Of a stretch of DNA of 49,607 nucleotides, positions 37,349 to 47,156 are shown piece after piece; position 1 is the stretch's first letter, and every line of letters starts with the position of its first letter. The notes beneath the pieces are model-generated. The model did not search any database. It saw only the letters and a program-made list of their open reading frames with translations, and had not been told where the DNA came from. Made by a program: the position numbers and the translations under genes. The DNA is taken from positions 1-49,607 of the forward strand of contig DASCPJ010000102.1 of the NCBI GenBank assembly GCA_036012445.1. Reading direction: 5' to 3'. This DNA is from Candidatus Nitrosopelagicus sp. (lineage in GTDB: Archaea; Thermoproteota; Nitrososphaeria; Nitrososphaerales; Nitrosopumilaceae).

Positions 37349-38491
37349 TCACTCTTCGGCTGATACTGAATCTAAAATATCATGTATATTATTCACACCC
37401 AATTTAACATGAACAATTTTTTTTGTTTTCATAGAACGTTCAACGAGATTTTCAATCTTCTTTTTAGGTGATGCTGAACTGATGAACTTTGTTTTTCCTA
37501 TCTTCTCAATTTTATTTAGATATTTTTCTAATCCAATTTCTTTTGCATCATCTATAATATCTTCATCTAATGTGGTTAATGGAGTATATGAAATCAAACC
37601 TTTACTATGAATTTGCTTAACAATTTTTTCAAAAAAAGATAGTGGATGAATTATTGGTGAAATACTAAGAGAAATTCTTTTAATATTAACAGATATGGCT
37701 ACTTTTACAAGTATTCCAGCAATAACTTCAGCCAAAACCATTGGTGGTAATTTAACACCTGCATTTATTTTGTAAAATTCTAAACTAACTTGTGTTTGAA
37801 CAGTTTTATGAATTATCACATTAATCATTTTTACTAAATCCAACAATTCAGATTTTTTATTATAACAAACTATTATCTTTACATCGAATCCTTGTTTGAT
37901 AGTTTCAATACATGATATTGCAGACAATTCATCAAAAACACAGCACACCATTTTTTTGTTTTGAGAATTATTGGGAATTCCTTCTAACCCTTTATCATAA
38001 TAAATACAGATGTAAGCAGATGATTTTGTCAAGTGAGCAAAAAGACGTCTGTCATATTTTTCAGCTGTACCAGGTTTAATTCCTTTTTTTACAGTTTTTT
38101 CAATTAATGATGATGTAGCTGCAACCTCAACATCTCTTGTAACAAATCCTTTTGAATATCCTTCCACCTGCAAAAAGAATCTTTCATTTTTTAAAAAAAG
38201 ATCAGTAGCTATTTTTGTAATATTTTCTACAATTATTTTAAAATTATTCTTTACTTGTTTTGCAATTGCAATATTTTTTATTCCAAATAAATCATTTATA
38301 GTAGATGATACAAAAACTGGGTCGTCAGTTTCGACTATTATCACTTTATCATCTTGTCTTATTTTTTGGAATTTTTGATTTTGGATTTTTAGAATATGTT
38401 TAATATTTGTAATAAGGGGTCCAATCTTATTTTGGGAAAAGATTGAAGGGAATACTACAACAACTATGTTATTTTCCAATATCGATATCAT
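37349..38491 (-). CDS. THUMP-domain / ThiI-like protein with a degenerate PP-loop
   Basis: N-terminal THUMP-like region, KGLEGIP linker (GxGGLP-like), KQGFDV; no SGGxDS. Confidence 0.75.
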   Translation of the reverse strand: MISILENNIVVVVFPSIFSQNKIGPLITNIKHILKIQNQKFQKIRQDDKVIIVETDDPVFVSSTINDLFGIKNIAIAKQVKNNFKIIVENITKIATDLFLKNERFFLQVEGYSKGFVTRDVEVAATSSLIEKTVKKGIKPGTAEKYDRRLFAHLTKSSAYICIYYDKGLEGIPNNSQNKKMVCCVFDELSAISCIETIKQGFDVKIIVCYNKKSELLDLVKMINVIIHKTVQTQVSLEFYKINAGVKLPPMVLAEVIAGILVKVAISVNIKRISLSISPIIHPLSFFEKIVKQIHSKGLISYTPLTTLDEDIIDDAKEIGLEKYLNKIEKIGKTKFISSASPKKKIENLVERSMKTKKIVHVKLGVNNIHDILDSVSAEE

Positions 38492-38566
38492 ATGGGGTCA
38501 TAATTTTAGAATTGTTATTGATTTTGCCTAGTAATGAATATAAAACGAAATAAAAAATTATTCATA

Positions 38567-39286
38567 ATGGCACAATTTACGGCTGAACAGCTTGATGAGC
38601 TAAATGATAAATTAAAAACTCCTGAGGAAGTTTTGACTTGGGGTTTGGAAAACATTCATCCAAAACTTGCACTTGCATCAAGTTTTGGTGCTGAAGATGT
38701 TTGTGTTATTCATATGCTAGCAAAGATAAATCCAGAGGCTAGAGTATTTTCATTAGACACGGGAAGAATAAATCAAGAAACATATGATGTTATGGATGAA
38801 ATAAGAAAAAAATACAACACTAAAATTGAGATTACATTTCCTGATGCAACTGAAGTGATTGAGATGGTCCAAACTCACGGCATGAACTTATTCTATGAGA
38901 GTGCTGAAAACAGAAAGCTGTGTTGCGGTGTTAGAAAGGTACATCCTTTAAACAAAATGTTATCTACATTAGACGGTTGGATTACAGGTCTTAGAAGCGA
39001 TCAAACTCAAAACAGACAATCATCTACAAAAATTGAAATTGATGAACAACATGATGGTATGATAAAACTTAATCCGATTCTTGATTGGAGTTGGGATCAA
39101 ACAATGAAGTATATCAAAGATAATGACATTCCTTACAATAAATTAATTGACCAAGGCTTTCCTAGCATTGGATGTGAACCATGTACAAGACCAATAAAAC
39201 CAGGCGAAGATTTACGAGCTGGCCGTTGGTGGTGGGAGAATCAATCTGACAAAGAGTGTGGTCTTCACATGGATCATAACAAGTAA
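38567..39286 (+). CDS. cysH: Assimilatory APS/PAPS reductase (4Fe-4S APS type)
   Basis: [33 protein letters not shown] and ECGLH motifs. Confidence 0.94.
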   Translation: MAQFTAEQLDELNDKLKTPEEVLTWGLENIHPKLALASSFGAEDVCVIHMLAKINPEARVFSLDTGRINQETYDVMDEIRKKYNTKIEITFPDATEVIEMVQTHGMNLFYESAENRKLCCGVRKVHPLNKMLSTLDGWITGLRSDQTQNRQSSTKIEIDEQHDGMIKLNPILDWSWDQTMKYIKDNDIPYNKLIDQGFPSIGCEPCTRPIKPGEDLRAGRWWWENQSDKECGLHMDHNK

Positions 39287-39312
39287 ATAAGAAACAAATT
39301 TTTTTTAAAAAC

Positions 39313-40440
39313 ATGATTAGTGCACACGGTGGAAAACTGGTAAATAAAGTAACAAATACTGATTCATCGGGACTATTTTCAATTGACATCTCAGCGGATT
39401 TAGCAAATGATGTAGAAAATATCGCGGATGGAATTTTTTCACCGCTTGAAGGTTTTTTAAACCAACAAAATTTTGAATCTGTCATTTCTAAAGGAAGACT
39501 TGTAAATAATACTGCATGGACAATTCCAATTGTTTTAGATGCAGATGATGAGACTAGTAAAAAAATAAAAGAAGCTGGAGATGTTTTGCTCAAAAATCCA
39601 GAAGGTACTGGAATTGCAATTTTACATGTAGAAGATATTTATGCATTTGATAAAAAAAATACTGCTAATGGTGTTTATGGAACAAATGATGAATCACATC
39701 CCGGTGTTGCAAAAACCTATGGAATGAAAGATTTCTTAGTTGGCGGAGAAATTGATTATATACAAAAACCAAATGCATCTGAAATCAGAAAATATAGGAT
39801 GACTCCTGTAGAGACAAGAGAGGCATTCGCAAAGGCAGGATGGGGAAAAATCGTCGCATTTCAGACTAGAAACCCACCACACGTTGCGCATGAAATTCTT
39901 CAAAAAACATCTATTACCACAAGAGATGGTGTTTTTGTAAACCCACTTATCGGAAAGAAAAAATCTGGTGACTTCAAAGATGAGGTAATTATAAAAGCAT
40001 ACGAGGCTATGATTGAAAATTATTATCCCGAAAACAGATGTAGATTGGCAACATTACACACAGAAATGAAATATGCTGGACCAAAAGAGGCAATTCATCA
40101 TGCTATAATGAGACAAAATTATGGTTGTACTCACATCATTATTGGACGTGACCATGCTGGTGTTGGTAATTTCTATGATCCTTTTGCCGCTCAGAAGATA
40201 TTTGAGGAATATCCAGAACTTGATATTTCACCAATATTTTTCCCAGCATTCTTTTACTGTAGGAAATGTCTTACCTTTACTAATCCAAAAGTTTGTCCAC
40301 ACGATGCTGAATCAAGAGAGCAAATCAGTGGAACAAAACTTCGTTCGATGATTCAAGAGGGAAAGGCACCATCAGAATTTATTTTGCGTCCAGAAGTAGC
40401 AAAGGTAATTATTGATTTTGATCAGCCATTTGTTGATTAG
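39313..40440 (+). CDS. sat: Sulfate adenylyltransferase
   Basis: [31 protein letters not shown] and ISGTKLR motifs. Confidence 0.96.
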   Translation: MISAHGGKLVNKVTNTDSSGLFSIDISADLANDVENIADGIFSPLEGFLNQQNFESVISKGRLVNNTAWTIPIVLDADDETSKKIKEAGDVLLKNPEGTGIAILHVEDIYAFDKKNTANGVYGTNDESHPGVAKTYGMKDFLVGGEIDYIQKPNASEIRKYRMTPVETREAFAKAGWGKIVAFQTRNPPHVAHEILQKTSITTRDGVFVNPLIGKKKSGDFKDEVIIKAYEAMIENYYPENRCRLATLHTEMKYAGPKEAIHHAIMRQNYGCTHIIIGRDHAGVGNFYDPFAAQKIFEEYPELDISPIFFPAFFYCRKCLTFTNPKVCPHDAESREQISGTKLRSMIQEGKAPSEFILRPEVAKVIIDFDQPFVD

Positions 40441-40471
40441 ATTTTTATCTGTACAAACATCGTGCTAGATT

Positions 40472-41164
40472 ATGAAATATATTTTATTTTTACTGGTTCT
40501 TCTAATCTGTACAACATCTCCAGTTTTTGCCCAAGAGCCCAAGATAGGAGATTTTGCTGATCCTGTTAACCCATCTCTGTTTACGGAGAAAATTGAAATC
40601 CCTTATCATGTTTTCAACACAATTTCAAGAGATGCAGAAATAACTGAATTAGAAAACCAAATTACGGGAAGTTGGCAGTTATCACTTCAAAATGATTTGT
40701 TGTATGGAAATCCAAATGGTAATGCCGTTATCCGTATCTATGATGTAGACATAGCTGACAAATTCCTTGAGATTGGGATGGGCAGTTATCCTGACTACAA
40801 ATATTGGATATCTGCACAAGTACCAGAAACAGGTTATGTTATCATATATTCTAACAATGACAATGGTTGGATAAAAGGAACAGAAACAAGTATCACATAT
40901 TCTGAGCAAAATGGACTTTCAGTGAATAATGGACAAAGGACTGTATTATCAAATCTTGATGTTTCACCATTTGCAATTAAAGCGTATTCTGCCTATGGAA
41001 TGGAAAGCTCTAGTGATCCTCCAGCAACAACATCAGGCACATTTATCATAAAAATTATTTCAGCTGATTATGGAGAAAATCCATATTCTATATTTCCATT
41101 TGTTTTAACTGGTATTATTGGACTCGTAATTGGTATACTTGTTCTTACTAAGAAACGCTCTTAG
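40472..41164 (+). CDS. Secreted, C-terminally anchored hypothetical protein
   Basis: Signal peptide (VFA-QE), C-terminal TM plus KKRS. Confidence 0.8.
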   Translation: MKYILFLLVLLICTTSPVFAQEPKIGDFADPVNPSLFTEKIEIPYHVFNTISRDAEITELENQITGSWQLSLQNDLLYGNPNGNAVIRIYDVDIADKFLEIGMGSYPDYKYWISAQVPETGYVIIYSNNDNGWIKGTETSITYSEQNGLSVNNGQRTVLSNLDVSPFAIKAYSAYGMESSSDPPATTSGTFIIKIISADYGENPYSIFPFVLTGIIGLVIGILVLTKKRS

Positions 41165-41801
41165 TTTGAAAATAATTACATGTTTTTCTAATTTTGCATA
41201 CGTCACACATTGGAGAAATTGGTTTACAGATGTTTTGACCGTACATGACAAAAGTATTGTTAATATCAAGCCAATACTTCTTAGGAATCTTTTCTCTTAG
41301 AGCCATCTCTGTTTCTTCGGGCATTTTTGTATCTACCAAACCCAACCTATTAGAGATTCTATGGACATGAGTATCCACAGGAATTGCTGGTTTTTCAAAT
41401 GCATATACCAAAACACAGTTTGCAGTCTTTCTTCCAACACCCGGCATATCAACAAGCTTGTCTATATCAGCAGGTACTTTTCCATTATATTTGGAGAGGA
41501 GTAAGTTTGCAACCTCGATTATTCGTTTTGATTTTACATGATAAAATCCAACTGACTTGATAACTTTCTCAACATCCCTTACCTTGGCTTTTGCCAGTTT
41601 TTGTGGAGTACCATATAATTTGAATAACTTGTCAGCAGCCTTAGTCGTATTTTCGTCCTTTGTTCTGGCAGAAAGTATTGTTGCAATCAAAATTCTAAAT
41701 GGTCTAGCAGTTTGAACTTTATGTAATCCTTCTAACGCTGTATATCTAGGTGGATTTACATCAACCATAGTTTTTTTCATGCCGTCGAGAATTTTTTTCA
41801 T
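41148..41801 (-). CDS. nth: Endonuclease III
   Basis: ILSARTKD, HhH motif MPGVGRKTAN, VDTHVHR, C-x6-C-x2-C-x5-C FeS motif. Confidence 0.95.
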   Translation of the reverse strand: MKKILDGMKKTMVDVNPPRYTALEGLHKVQTARPFRILIATILSARTKDENTTKAADKLFKLYGTPQKLAKAKVRDVEKVIKSVGFYHVKSKRIIEVANLLLSKYNGKVPADIDKLVDMPGVGRKTANCVLVYAFEKPAIPVDTHVHRISNRLGLVDTKMPEETEMALREKIPKKYWLDINNTFVMYGQNICKPISPMCDVCKIRKTCNYFQTKSVS

Positions 41802-41820
41802 ATCATATCAAAAATTCAGT

Positions 41821-42390
41821 TTACTCATCTAGATCTTCTAGCGTCTTTCTTTGTCTGGTACTAAGATAAAATGCATGTGCACTAATAACAAACCCTGCTA
41901 ACCAAATTTTTGTAGCGAAAATTAAATTCCATGGTCGTAGAGGATCTGGGTATTCCACCATAAGCAAATCAATATCTGGTATAGTGTTCTGTAAAATCAT
42001 TTGTGATGTGATTTCAGCATTCAATACAGTAAAACTCCATAATACTTCATAGAGACAAATAATAGCAAATCCAAGCAACATTAACTGGGTCAATGCCATT
42101 CTATACGAATTCAAGCCGACTGTTTTTTTCCATCCTATTCTGGAACAACAATACCAACCAATTATTGTAGAAAAGAAGAGCCAAGTAGAAAGATTTGCAA
42201 AATTCTCAAACGGAACTTGTGTTTGTACTAGGACTTCACCCATAACATAAATTCCATTTTCATTCCATTCTTCACTCATAGCATAAATTCCATAGAATGT
42301 TATGGAACCCATGATAATCATACATAGATAAAAAATATAGAGAAAAATCTTATACTGTCTATCACTTTCATGTAGATGCCGTCTCTTCAT
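41821..42390 (-). CDS. Four-TM hypothetical membrane protein
   Basis: Four hydrophobic segments. Confidence 0.75.
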   Translation of the reverse strand: MKRRHLHESDRQYKIFLYIFYLCMIIMGSITFYGIYAMSEEWNENGIYVMGEVLVQTQVPFENFANLSTWLFFSTIIGWYCCSRIGWKKTVGLNSYRMALTQLMLLGFAIICLYEVLWSFTVLNAEITSQMILQNTIPDIDLLMVEYPDPLRPWNLIFATKIWLAGFVISAHAFYLSTRQRKTLEDLDE

Positions 42391-42463
42391 TATTGCGCTA
42401 GTAATTGTTTATATAAAAACCATATAATTTGTTAACGAAATTTATTAACAGTAAATATCAGGA

Positions 42464-43555
42464 ATGCTAGTGAATGTCCCAATAAATATTCCTGACATTG
42501 ATGAACAGGAAATCAGAGAGGTCACCTCTGTTTTATCAGAAAAAGCATTAACCTCAGCTTCATTTGAAGGCGGAAAACGTGTTAGACAATTTGAAGATCT
42601 TTTATCAAATTTTGTTAAATCAAAATTTGCTATTGCAGTCAATTCTGGAACATCAGCACTGCAGGCATCATTGTATGCATTAGATATCAAGCCAAATGAC
42701 GAAGTATTGATACCATCATTTACATTTGTTGCAACTGCAAACTCTGTAAAATCGATTGGTGCCAAACCAGTATTTGTTGATATTTTGAAGGATAATTTTA
42801 CGATGGATCCAGACGATATTAAAAAGAAAATAACAAAACGGACAAAAGCAATAATCCCAGTTCATCTGTATGGCCACGTAGCATATATGGAAGAAATTAT
42901 GGAAATAGCAAAAAAAAATCATCTTGAAATTATTGAAGATGCTTCACAATCCCTAGGCTCAAAATTCAAAGGAAAACATTCTGGAACTTTTTCTCATCTT
43001 GGATGTTTTAGTATGTATGCAGCTAAAGTAATGACTGCTGGTGAAGGAGGTGCAATTGTAACAGATGATAAAAAATTATTTGAAAAACTTAAACAAATCC
43101 GTAACCATGGATTATCAAAACATCATATTACAAGTAAGTTTGGTCTAAATCTACGACTACCTGAAATTAATGCTGCTATAGCAAAAATACAAATGAAAAA
43201 ATTACCAACTTTCTTAAGACAACGAAAAAAGAACGCACAGATACTAACTGAACTTTTGCAAAACCATGACATAATTTTGCCGAAGGAACGAAAAAATGAG
43301 GTAATGAATTGGTATCTGTATACCGTTGCACTAAAACAACGAGATAAGATAATGAATAAGCTAAATTCTGCTGGAATTGGCGCAGCAGTTTACTATAACC
43401 CATCAATACATCAGACACCATATTATAAAACCAAAAAAACTCTAACCACTACAGAATGGGCTAGCCATCATGTGATCAGCTTACCTATACATCCCAAGGT
43501 GAAAAAATCAGATTTATTAAAAATAAAAAAAATCCTAAGCGCTTATAGAAATTGA
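42464..43555 (+). CDS. DegT/DnrJ/EryC1/StrS sugar aminotransferase
   Basis: NSGTSAL, TFVAT, PVHLYG, IEDASQ and FSMYAAKVMTAGEGG motifs. Confidence 0.93.
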   Translation: MLVNVPINIPDIDEQEIREVTSVLSEKALTSASFEGGKRVRQFEDLLSNFVKSKFAIAVNSGTSALQASLYALDIKPNDEVLIPSFTFVATANSVKSIGAKPVFVDILKDNFTMDPDDIKKKITKRTKAIIPVHLYGHVAYMEEIMEIAKKNHLEIIEDASQSLGSKFKGKHSGTFSHLGCFSMYAAKVMTAGEGGAIVTDDKKLFEKLKQIRNHGLSKHHITSKFGLNLRLPEINAAIAKIQMKKLPTFLRQRKKNAQILTELLQNHDIILPKERKNEVMNWYLYTVALKQRDKIMNKLNSAGIGAAVYYNPSIHQTPYYKTKKTLTTTEWASHHVISLPIHPKVKKSDLLKIKKILSAYRN

Positions 43556-43556
43556 A

Positions 43557-43889
43557 TTAATAACCATCTTTTTGGCGTTGTTTATTAATTTCATTTTTTC
43601 TTTGATATTCTTTCAAAATATCATCAGGAGTTAGACCAAGTTCCATAGATGCCTGAATTAAGAAATGCCATATATCTATCAATTCTTCTCGTGCTTCTGA
43701 CTGATTGAAAGATGTAGGTTTTTTCCACCATTTCCAATTTGTTGTACGCTGAAGCTCAACTACTTCATGCATCATAGCTGTACATAATGCAGAAAGTTTG
43801 GCTTCTGTATCTTTGGGATATCGATCCAAATCCATCATTCTTTCCAAACTTTTTTGAAGAGTAAAAATCTCATCCAATTTATCAGCCAT
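43557..43889 (-). CDS. All-alpha (dimeric-type) dUTPase family protein
   Basis: EVVEL...WKWWK...EELIDIWHF...Y..KNEINKQRQ..GY motifs. Confidence 0.85.
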   Translation of the reverse strand: MADKLDEIFTLQKSLERMMDLDRYPKDTEAKLSALCTAMMHEVVELQRTTNWKWWKKPTSFNQSEAREELIDIWHFLIQASMELGLTPDDILKEYQRKNEINKQRQKDGY

Positions 43890-43921
43890 AGTATCTACAA
43901 AAAATGAACACGTATAACTTT

Positions 43922-44815
43922 TCAGAAACTAACCATTTTCTCATACTGCTTTACTCGTTTTGTAATATCTGCCTTTGTTAACTCCAATAATCTTCCCAAC
44001 CCATATTTTTGAACAGCAAATGAACCCATAACATTGCCGTACATAATAGATTTTTTGATAGTTGATAGGTTAGTTTTTTTCTTGGATGCAAGATAACCTA
44101 TCATCGCACCAGCAAATGAATCTCCAGCACCAGTTGGATCTACAATATTTCCTAATGGGAACCCAGGAGATGGAAATATAGCATCTTCATAGAATAAAAG
44201 TGAACCATGCTCGGCTTTTTTTATAATAACATATTTTGTTCCCCAACCCATTATCTTTTTTGCACATTTAATCAAATTGAATTCCTTAGTTAGTAATTTT
44301 GCCTCTTCATCATTAATCACCACCGCATCTACCTCTTTGAACATCCTTACTACTGAAGCTCTTTTGGTGTTAATCCAAAAATCTATTGTATCACACATTG
44401 AAAATTTTACATCATCAAATTCTTTAATTAAAGAGATATTTTGTTCAGGATCGTTATTAGCAAGGTATACAAATTTCGATTTTTTATATTCTTCAGGAAC
44501 TACAGGCTTGAAGTTTTTAAGAACATTTAGATCTGTACGTAGTGTTGTTCTGGTGCTAAAAGTTTTGTTATAACGACCATCATACCTAAAGGTTTTACCA
44601 TTTTTTATGGAAAGCCCTTTCAGATCAAAATACTGTTCAAGTATTCTATGATATTTTCTTGGGAAATCTTTTCCGATTACAGCAATTAGTCCAGTTTTGG
44701 TAAAAAAACTAGATGAAATTCCAGCAAAAGTAGCTGCTCCACCCAAAGCATCTTTTAAAATTTTTGTGGGGGTTCTAATGGTATCAAGTGCAGTTGATCC
44801 AAAGACTGTTAACAT
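43922..44815 (-). CDS. PfkB-family carbohydrate/nucleoside kinase
   Basis: LGGAA, INDEEA and DPTGAGDSFAG motifs. Confidence 0.92.
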   Translation of the reverse strand: MLTVFGSTALDTIRTPTKILKDALGGAATFAGISSSFFTKTGLIAVIGKDFPRKYHRILEQYFDLKGLSIKNGKTFRYDGRYNKTFSTRTTLRTDLNVLKNFKPVVPEEYKKSKFVYLANNDPEQNISLIKEFDDVKFSMCDTIDFWINTKRASVVRMFKEVDAVVINDEEAKLLTKEFNLIKCAKKIMGWGTKYVIIKKAEHGSLLFYEDAIFPSPGFPLGNIVDPTGAGDSFAGAMIGYLASKKKTNLSTIKKSIMYGNVMGSFAVQKYGLGRLLELTKADITKRVKQYEKMVSF

Positions 44816-44943
44816 ATCATCGTGCCTATAATTTCGTATAAATTCTTTTCAAATATGATCATAATAGTGTGTAAAAATTTTGATACTTTCTTAAAGCTAC
44901 TTAGAGCTAACAAAATAAATCAAAAATTAGATGAAAATATGCA

Positions 44944-45414
44944 TTGGCTAAAATTAAAATAAAAATTGGGGAAAATGAAATTGAAGTTGATTCTCGTGAT
45001 TTCTATATAGATAATAATACAATAGGAGAAGTGATTGAAAACATTTCGATATATCTACAAGGAAGTAACAAGAATTTTTTTGAGCAGATCCCTATTCAAG
45101 AAAATGGAGAAGGAATGAATAAGCTCAGTTTACTTGAAGATGCAGAAGTTCATGAACCAGAATTCAGTGATCCAGTTTTGGTTACGATAGACGAACTACA
45201 TGGAAAACTTGTAACATTATCGACAAATTCTTTTTTTGATCAGCCTAGAACAGTATCTGAAACTGTAAGTGAATTACGAGAGAATGGATGGATTGCAAGC
45301 CCATTGGATGTATCTAAAGTACTTGCCAAAATGGCTTTTTGTAAGGAACTTCTAAAAAATAAGCAGGATGACAGAAGCTTTTATTTTGTTAAGGAAGCAT
45401 TATTAGCTGAATAA
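44944..45414 (+). CDS. Hypothetical protein with a probable C-terminal winged helix
   Basis: KIKIKIGENEIEV N-terminal hairpin; FFDQPRTVSE...LRENGW...VSKVL. Confidence 0.75.
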   Translation: MAKIKIKIGENEIEVDSRDFYIDNNTIGEVIENISIYLQGSNKNFFEQIPIQENGEGMNKLSLLEDAEVHEPEFSDPVLVTIDELHGKLVTLSTNSFFDQPRTVSETVSELRENGWIASPLDVSKVLAKMAFCKELLKNKQDDRSFYFVKEALLAE

Positions 45415-45475
45415 TCTTCATACCATCTTCTAAAGTATAAAATAATGTGAGTATAGTGGTATATGGGTAGATTTA

Positions 45476-45574
45476 TTGATTTGTGAAAAATGTGGTGAAA
45501 CTATAAAAAAAGATGAGGAAAGAACACACAAAATTTTTTGTTATTCATGGCTCAATGAAGATAAAAATCAATAA
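45476..45574 (+). CDS. 32-aa C2HC zinc-finger microprotein (MICEKCGETIKKDEERTHKIFCYSWLNEDKNQ)
   Basis: Below the ORF-track cutoff; C-x2-C-x11-H-x3-C; TTG start; GTATAAAA upstream; fills the gap between genes. Confidence 0.6.
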   Translation: MICEKCGETIKKDEERTHKIFCYSWLNEDKNQ

Positions 45575-45578
45575 AAAA

Positions 45579-46064
45579 TTATTCAGATATTGACACGTGT
45601 AACATTTTAGCTTCTTCCAACGGACAGTCATTATTGTTTCTAGGTAAATTTTCTATTTTATGAGCTACATCTATTCCTTCTGTTACTTCACCAAATACTG
45701 TATATTGATTATCTAAACTGGCAGTGTTATTATCTGAAGTTACAATGAAAAACTGTGAACCTGCGCTATCAGGATCCGTTGCTCTTGCCATGGAAACAAT
45801 TCCAGTTAAATGTGATCTAGGATTAAACTCGGCATTTATTGCATAACCAGGACCACCCATACCCCAATTACTTTGATTGCTTTGTTTTGTATTAGGATCA
45901 CCACCCTGAATCATAAATCCAGGTATTACTCGATGAAATAAAGTTCCATCATAAAATTGAGAATCAGATAATTTTCTAAAATTTCTAACTGTTTCCGGTG
46001 CTAATTCTGGCAGCAATTTAAATTTTATATTGCCAAAATTGGTTTCTATCGTAGCATAAGCCAT
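45579..46064 (-). CDS. Cyclophilin-type peptidyl-prolyl isomerase
   Basis: APETVRNF, FHRVIPGFMIQGGDP, SMARATDPDSAGSQFFI and YTVFG motifs. Confidence 0.95.
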   Translation of the reverse strand: MAYATIETNFGNIKFKLLPELAPETVRNFRKLSDSQFYDGTLFHRVIPGFMIQGGDPNTKQSNQSNWGMGGPGYAINAEFNPRSHLTGIVSMARATDPDSAGSQFFIVTSDNNTASLDNQYTVFGEVTEGIDVAHKIENLPRNNNDCPLEEAKMLHVSISE

Positions 46065-46184
46065 TTTCTTTATTCTTGAATTTGGGTTTAAGAATCTTTT
46101 GCAGTTAATCAAACATCTTTTAAAAATGTTTTATTTTGAAATATAGAAAACTAGTCTTATATAGAACAATAAAATAATACCACT

Positions 46185-46403
46185 GTGAATCGTACAAATC
46201 AAAGTACAATTATTAAAGCAGAAATCGATGATTTGCTTACATCAGGTGTTAAAGACAAACAAGAAATTTATTCAAAGGTCGTTGACAAATTGGGTGTACC
46301 AAGACCTACTGTAAGACGTGTAGCCGGTGATCTTAGAAACGAATTGCTTGCAAAAATTTCAATCTTACAATCTGAAACCCAGACAACTGAAAAAACTGAA
46401 TAA
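46185..46403 (+). CDS. Small HTH-like hypothetical protein
   Basis: IYSKVVDKLGVPRPTVRRVA resembles an HTH; CTTATATA upstream. Confidence 0.7.
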   Translation: MNRTNQSTIIKAEIDDLLTSGVKDKQEIYSKVVDKLGVPRPTVRRVAGDLRNELLAKISILQSETQTTEKTE

Positions 46404-46488
46404 TACTCAAACTTAATTTTTTATTTTATTGTTTACAAATGTGAATTTCAAGCATTACTGTTATATTCTACCAAATTTTTGAAAATGT

Positions 46489-46746
46489 ATGGGCTATCTA
46501 TATAATCACTTAGCAACTGTTGTTTGTGCTGTCTTTGCAGGTGTTTTGACTTTACTTTGGCCTTTATTCGTAGATTTTGCTGCTGTGTTAGATCTAGTAT
46601 TCGTGATGGCTGTGCCAATCATGTGGTTCCTAACAGCTGTTTGTTTTGTAGCACAAAAAAGTACAGATTACGTACATGGACACCAGTCCAGTCACAAGTC
46701 CACCAAAAAACTAATTTACACTTCTGGCGGACAAGTATCTAACTAA
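46489..46746 (+). CDS. Small two-TM hypothetical protein
   Basis: 85-aa ORF with two hydrophobic helices and a His/Ser/Lys tail. Confidence 0.7.
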   Translation: MGYLYNHLATVVCAVFAGVLTLLWPLFVDFAAVLDLVFVMAVPIMWFLTAVCFVAQKSTDYVHGHQSSHKSTKKLIYTSGGQVSN

Positions 46747-46750
46747 AATA

Positions 46751-46861
46751 TCATTTACAGCATTCACATTTGTGTTCCTCATTATGGTTTTCTTTGCAGC
46801 CAGGACAACTGACAGCACCCCCTAGATGACATTTACAAATACAGACATTAGATTCACTCAT
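46751..46861 (-). CDS. 36-aa Cys/His-rich metallothionein-like peptide (MSESNVCICKCHLGGAVSCPGCKENHNEEHKCECCK)
   Basis: ATG...TGA, 8 Cys plus 3 His, CxCxCH, CxxC and CxCC motifs; below the ORF-track cutoff. Confidence 0.7.
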   Translation of the reverse strand: MSESNVCICKCHLGGAVSCPGCKENHNEEHKCECCK

Positions 46862-46930
46862 ACACTGACAAACGTATTAGTCCTAATAGGTTTTGAAGTT
46901 ATTTTTAGTAACAGGATTTGTAGTGAAAAA

Positions 46931-47022
46931 CGGGCTTGGAGGGCTTCGATCCCTCGACCTGTAACTTAGGAGGCTACCACGCTATCCATATTGCGCGTCA
47001 TTTGACTCTGCGCCACAAGCCC
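46931..47022 (-). tRNA. tRNA-Arg (CCT) with a predicted 17-nt non-canonical D-loop intron (46991-47007)
   Basis: Acceptor GGGCTTG/CAAGCCC, anticodon arm GTAGC-CTCCTAA-GTTAC, T arm GAGGG-ATCGAAG-CCCTC; BHB-like motif in the D-loop. Confidence 0.92.
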
Positions 47023-47156
47023 AAAAAAAAAACACATGTATGATAATTAAGCATAATTAGACTAGATAGCATATTTTGAAATCCTAACTAATGGTCTATC
47101 CAAGTCATGTTTTTCACATTAAACGTTAATAATCCACAATAATTTTTGAATGACAC

